Below, piece after piece: positions 61,164 to 64,000 of a DNA stretch of 64,000 bases. The DNA lies in NCBI GenBank assembly GCA_038824665.1, contig JAWBBK010000006.1, positions 1 to 64,000 on the forward strand, given 5' to 3'. A model generated the notes under the pieces. It saw nothing but the letters and a program-made list of their open reading frames with translations. It had not been told where the DNA came from and did no database searches. How positions within the stretch are numbered: position 1 is the stretch's first letter; each line of letters begins with the position of its first letter. Source of the DNA: Acidilobaceae archaeon (GTDB lineage: Archaea; Thermoproteota; Thermoprotei_A; Sulfolobales; Acidilobaceae). Both the position numbers and the translations under genes were made by a program.

Positions 61164-61853
61164 ATGATGAAGATCTTGGCCGTCAGCGATATACATAGCC
61201 CTCTTTACTTAGCCCTCTTTAGACAGGCTCTCGATCGAGTGAAGAACGAAGACCTCTGTGCTTTCGTGCTAGCCGGAGATATAATTGATAGAGGCAAGGT
61301 AGACATGGCGATCCCGGTAGTGAAAGAAATTCGACGGATCTGGAGAGAAGCTCCAATAATTGCTGTTTTCGGTAATGAAGAATATATAGATTCAAGACAC
61401 CTCTTGATAAAAAACCTTAATGATGTGATCTGGCTTGACGACAGCTACGTTACATTGAAATGTTATGAGAAAAAGATAGGTGTGGTGGGAACTCAAGGAG
61501 CTTTAGATAGACTGACAAAGTGGCAAACCAAAAACTTCCCTCAGCTTTCTGAGATCTATATGAAGAGGTCTAGCTTTATTGAAAATACGGTCAGAACTCT
61601 CAGATCGATTGTTGATAGAGTTATTGTTGTTTCACACTACGCTCTAGCCAAAGACAATCTTATAGGCGAAAACCCAGCCTTCTGGTCAGAGATGTACTCT
61701 AGTAAAATGGAAGAAGCTATTAGGAGAAGCAGACCAGACGTGGCTATCCACGGACACGCTCACAGAGGAACTAGGTTCACATCGCTAGAAGGCGTTCCTG
61801 TCTTCAACGTGTCTCTGCCTCTGATAAAGAGAATAGAAGTCATAAGCTTGTAG
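61164..61853 (+). CDS. Calcineurin-like metallophosphoesterase
   Basis: SDIH, AGD, GNEE, SHY, HGHAH. Confidence 0.9.
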   Translation: MMKILAVSDIHSPLYLALFRQALDRVKNEDLCAFVLAGDIIDRGKVDMAIPVVKEIRRIWREAPIIAVFGNEEYIDSRHLLIKNLNDVIWLDDSYVTLKCYEKKIGVVGTQGALDRLTKWQTKNFPQLSEIYMKRSSFIENTVRTLRSIVDRVIVVSHYALAKDNLIGENPAFWSEMYSSKMEEAIRRSRPDVAIHGHAHRGTRFTSLEGVPVFNVSLPLIKRIEVISL

Positions 61854-62064
61854 CCTGAAGTGTGCTCCCACTGTTTAGGAAACAGAATATATTCACAACT
61901 GCTTAAAAAGACCTCTATCCATTATGAAGTAGAAGCGTGGTGATTGGAAATAAAAACAACCAGCTCGAACTCAAGTAACGATATTGTGAACTCTTGCGTT
62001 GGGTCTGAGCAAAGAGCGTTAGAGAAGCTGAAGCTGTCGCGTTAATCTAAGAGGTGTTGTTTTT

Positions 62065-63342
62065 ATGATTGAGTTGGTTGAAAGATATAGAACTCTCTAT
62101 CTTTTCGTTGTCTCCTTTGCAATTATCGGCGGTCTTTCTAGCTCTATTCTGGCTCCTTACGTGCGAAACGCTGGTTTCGATGCCGCCCACTACGGACTTT
62201 TTGCTGCGAGTATAGCCATGGGGTCTCTAATAGGAGGCTTTTTAGGAGGCTTTCTCAGCGACTTTATAAATCCTACTAAGCTCGTAGTGCTTTCCGCTCT
62301 CTTCTCTGCTTCGGGATACGTTACGATCTCTATCAACGGCTCAGAGAGTCTAGTAACGGCTGCGCTACTTTTGGGTCTTGCTGGAGGAGTAAGGGGTATC
62401 GCCTTCTTTATGTTAGTATTGACGTTGCAGAGCGAAAAAGAGGGAGGCCTCGAAAAGCCTATAGTAGCTTTTCAGGCTATATCGCTAATCGCTACGAGTG
62501 TCGGCATGTTCTTAGGATGGGTGCCTGTGATAATATCCTCGCTTACGGAAGCCAACATAGTTTCAGTATATAGAGACGCTTTAGTGTTGTGTGGAGTCGC
62601 AGACATAGTTTCGGCAACTGCTTTGATGTTCAAATTATCGGGTTCCACGACTCGAGCTACACGTAGAGCAGAAGCTTATGTAGGAGATTTAGACAAGGTC
62701 GAGTGGAACTCCATAGCTAAGCTGGTCGTAGTCGGAGCAGTCATAAGCTTTGGAGCAGGGTTGTCGGTTCATATAATTGACTTTTATTTCACGAAGAAGT
62801 TTGGTTTTGACAGCGGTAGACTAGGAACAGTGATGAGCGTACAGAACTTGCTTATGGGGTTAGGGATGTTAGCTGCTCAGAGCATCTCAAGAGAGTTAGG
62901 AAATCCCCTCAAAACTTACATAGTGATATCTTCTATGAGCGTACCTCTCTTAGTATCTATGACTTTCATAAACTCAGCTCTTCTCTCTTCAATCATATAC
63001 ACTACCAGAACGTTATTCGTGAATATAGCAAATCCCCTATATCAGGCTTTCGAGTTGTCGCTAGTCCCAGAGAGATATCGTGGTAGATTTCTAGCCCTCA
63101 TGAACGTAGTTAATGTAGTTCCAGCTGCAGTGGGAAGAGCTGTAGGAGGATGGTTGATGACCTATGATCTAGAGCTACCGCTTAGACTCACTGCCCTTAT
63201 TTACACTATAGCCTTTCTCCTTCTAGCTATATGGTTCCAGAAATCAGCTCCTAGATCGGCAGATCTTCGTAAAATAGGCTCTATTGTAGCTAGAACGCTG
63301 ATACCATTTGTTAGACTTTACTCTAAAACTTTAGGTCTTTAA
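62065..63342 (+). CDS. MFS transporter
   Basis: About 12 TM; GFLSD, VPERYRGR motifs. Confidence 0.87.
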   Translation: MIELVERYRTLYLFVVSFAIIGGLSSSILAPYVRNAGFDAAHYGLFAASIAMGSLIGGFLGGFLSDFINPTKLVVLSALFSASGYVTISINGSESLVTAALLLGLAGGVRGIAFFMLVLTLQSEKEGGLEKPIVAFQAISLIATSVGMFLGWVPVIISSLTEANIVSVYRDALVLCGVADIVSATALMFKLSGSTTRATRRAEAYVGDLDKVEWNSIAKLVVVGAVISFGAGLSVHIIDFYFTKKFGFDSGRLGTVMSVQNLLMGLGMLAAQSISRELGNPLKTYIVISSMSVPLLVSMTFINSALLSSIIYTTRTLFVNIANPLYQAFELSLVPERYRGRFLALMNVVNVVPAAVGRAVGGWLMTYDLELPLRLTALIYTIAFLLLAIWFQKSAPRSADLRKIGSIVARTLIPFVRLYSKTLGL

Positions 63343-63393
63343 CTTCCAGTATTAATAAGGTCTAGAACTTCAATTGAAAAAGGGGATTGAAGT

Positions 63394-63711
63394 ATGAGTG
63401 TAACATCTTCTAAGCACGGAGTTTACATCAAGATCTCTGAAATCTCTAAAGACGAAGAGTCAGGGCTCTATACAGCTATCCTTAAGCTTTCCTACGAGGA
63501 TAAAAGCTATGACATCAAGATCTTGAACCTTATAAGAGCACCTCATAGAGTTCGAGCCAGATTAGAAGAAGAGTATCTTATAGTCTCTCTAGACGATAAC
63601 GAAGGAAAGCCTCTATCTACTTGTTGTATCAACATGAAACATATAGAGTGTGGCTGTATGGACTGTAAGAGCTTACTGACACCTCCATGTCCTCGTGAAA
63701 GAGAGAAATAA
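63394..63711 (+). CDS. Hypothetical protein with Cys-rich C-terminus
   Basis: 105 aa; CC...H.ECGC.DC.SL possible metal site. Confidence 0.6.
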   Translation: MSVTSSKHGVYIKISEISKDEESGLYTAILKLSYEDKSYDIKILNLIRAPHRVRARLEEEYLIVSLDDNEGKPLSTCCINMKHIECGCMDCKSLLTPPCPREREK

Positions 63712-63841
63712 GACCATAAGTAGAGTTTTACTCTGAAATCGGAAGAGAGATTTGTTGTTCAGAAAGATTTAAACATATAAAATGTTTAAAGTCTTCGTTG
63801 CTTATATGATGAAAACCTGATCCACAAGAGGCGAGACCAGC

Positions 63842-64000
63842 ATGGACAAAAAGTTCATCGGGTTGATCTTGATCATTGTGCTAGCTATTGCCTTGATAGC
63901 CGGAGCGGCTTATTATTATCTGAGCAGAGCACCGAAAACAGAGCCCACAACGCCTGAAGCAGAGTTCATCACATTGAGGGTAGGGGTTCTGCCTGTCATA
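63842..64000 (+). CDS. ABC transporter substrate-binding protein (SsuA/NMT1-like), 5' part
   Basis: MDKKFIGLILIIVLAIALIAGAAYYYL TM anchor, PT-rich linker, TLRVGVLP. Confidence 0.55.
   Translation, partial: MDKKFIGLILIIVLAIALIAGAAYYYLSRAPKTEPTTPEAEFITLRVGVLPVI

Noticed and set aside
61920-62050. Two CTGA motifs or a 33-aa ORF upstream of the MFS gene
   Set aside because: C boxes are too degenerate, and the ORF lacks a properly spaced SD or recognisable features

Overview
Core-genome segment of a crenarchaeon (Thermoproteota, probably Desulfurococcales/Acidilobales-like). The assignment rests on the intron-split cbf5, an Rpo13-like gene, rpl14e/rpl34e/rps3ae, a DUF2139-like gene and frequent TTG/GTG starts. 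It carries the exosome-proteasome-RNase P superoperon, rps15-Cdc45/RecJ-pcc1-rps3ae, a MoxR/DUF58 membrane cluster, pstSCA, two glmS paralogs, cdc48, secY-adk-rpl34e-cmk-rpl14e-cbf5, four tRNAs and the SRP RNA. I saw no CRISPR array, transposase, integrase or recognisable defence island. The best leads are small-scale. (1) Three internal operon genes have conserved N-termini that can only be translated from near-cognate ACG/CTG/ATA codons behind a GAGGTG Shine-Dalgarno. (2) A C/D-box sRNA has a guide that fits Um34 of tRNA-Gln(UUG) and an inserted hairpin, and there is a second C/D candidate. (3) cdc48 has nucleotide-identical tracts between its D1 and D2 domains, suggesting intragenic gene conversion. 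(4) One GlmS paralog looks glutaminase-dead. (5) cbf5 has a 22-nt BHB intron. (6) A 59-aa ORF missed by the ORF track resembles a small Sulfolobus A-ATPase subunit. All family calls come from motif recognition and memory, not from database searches.
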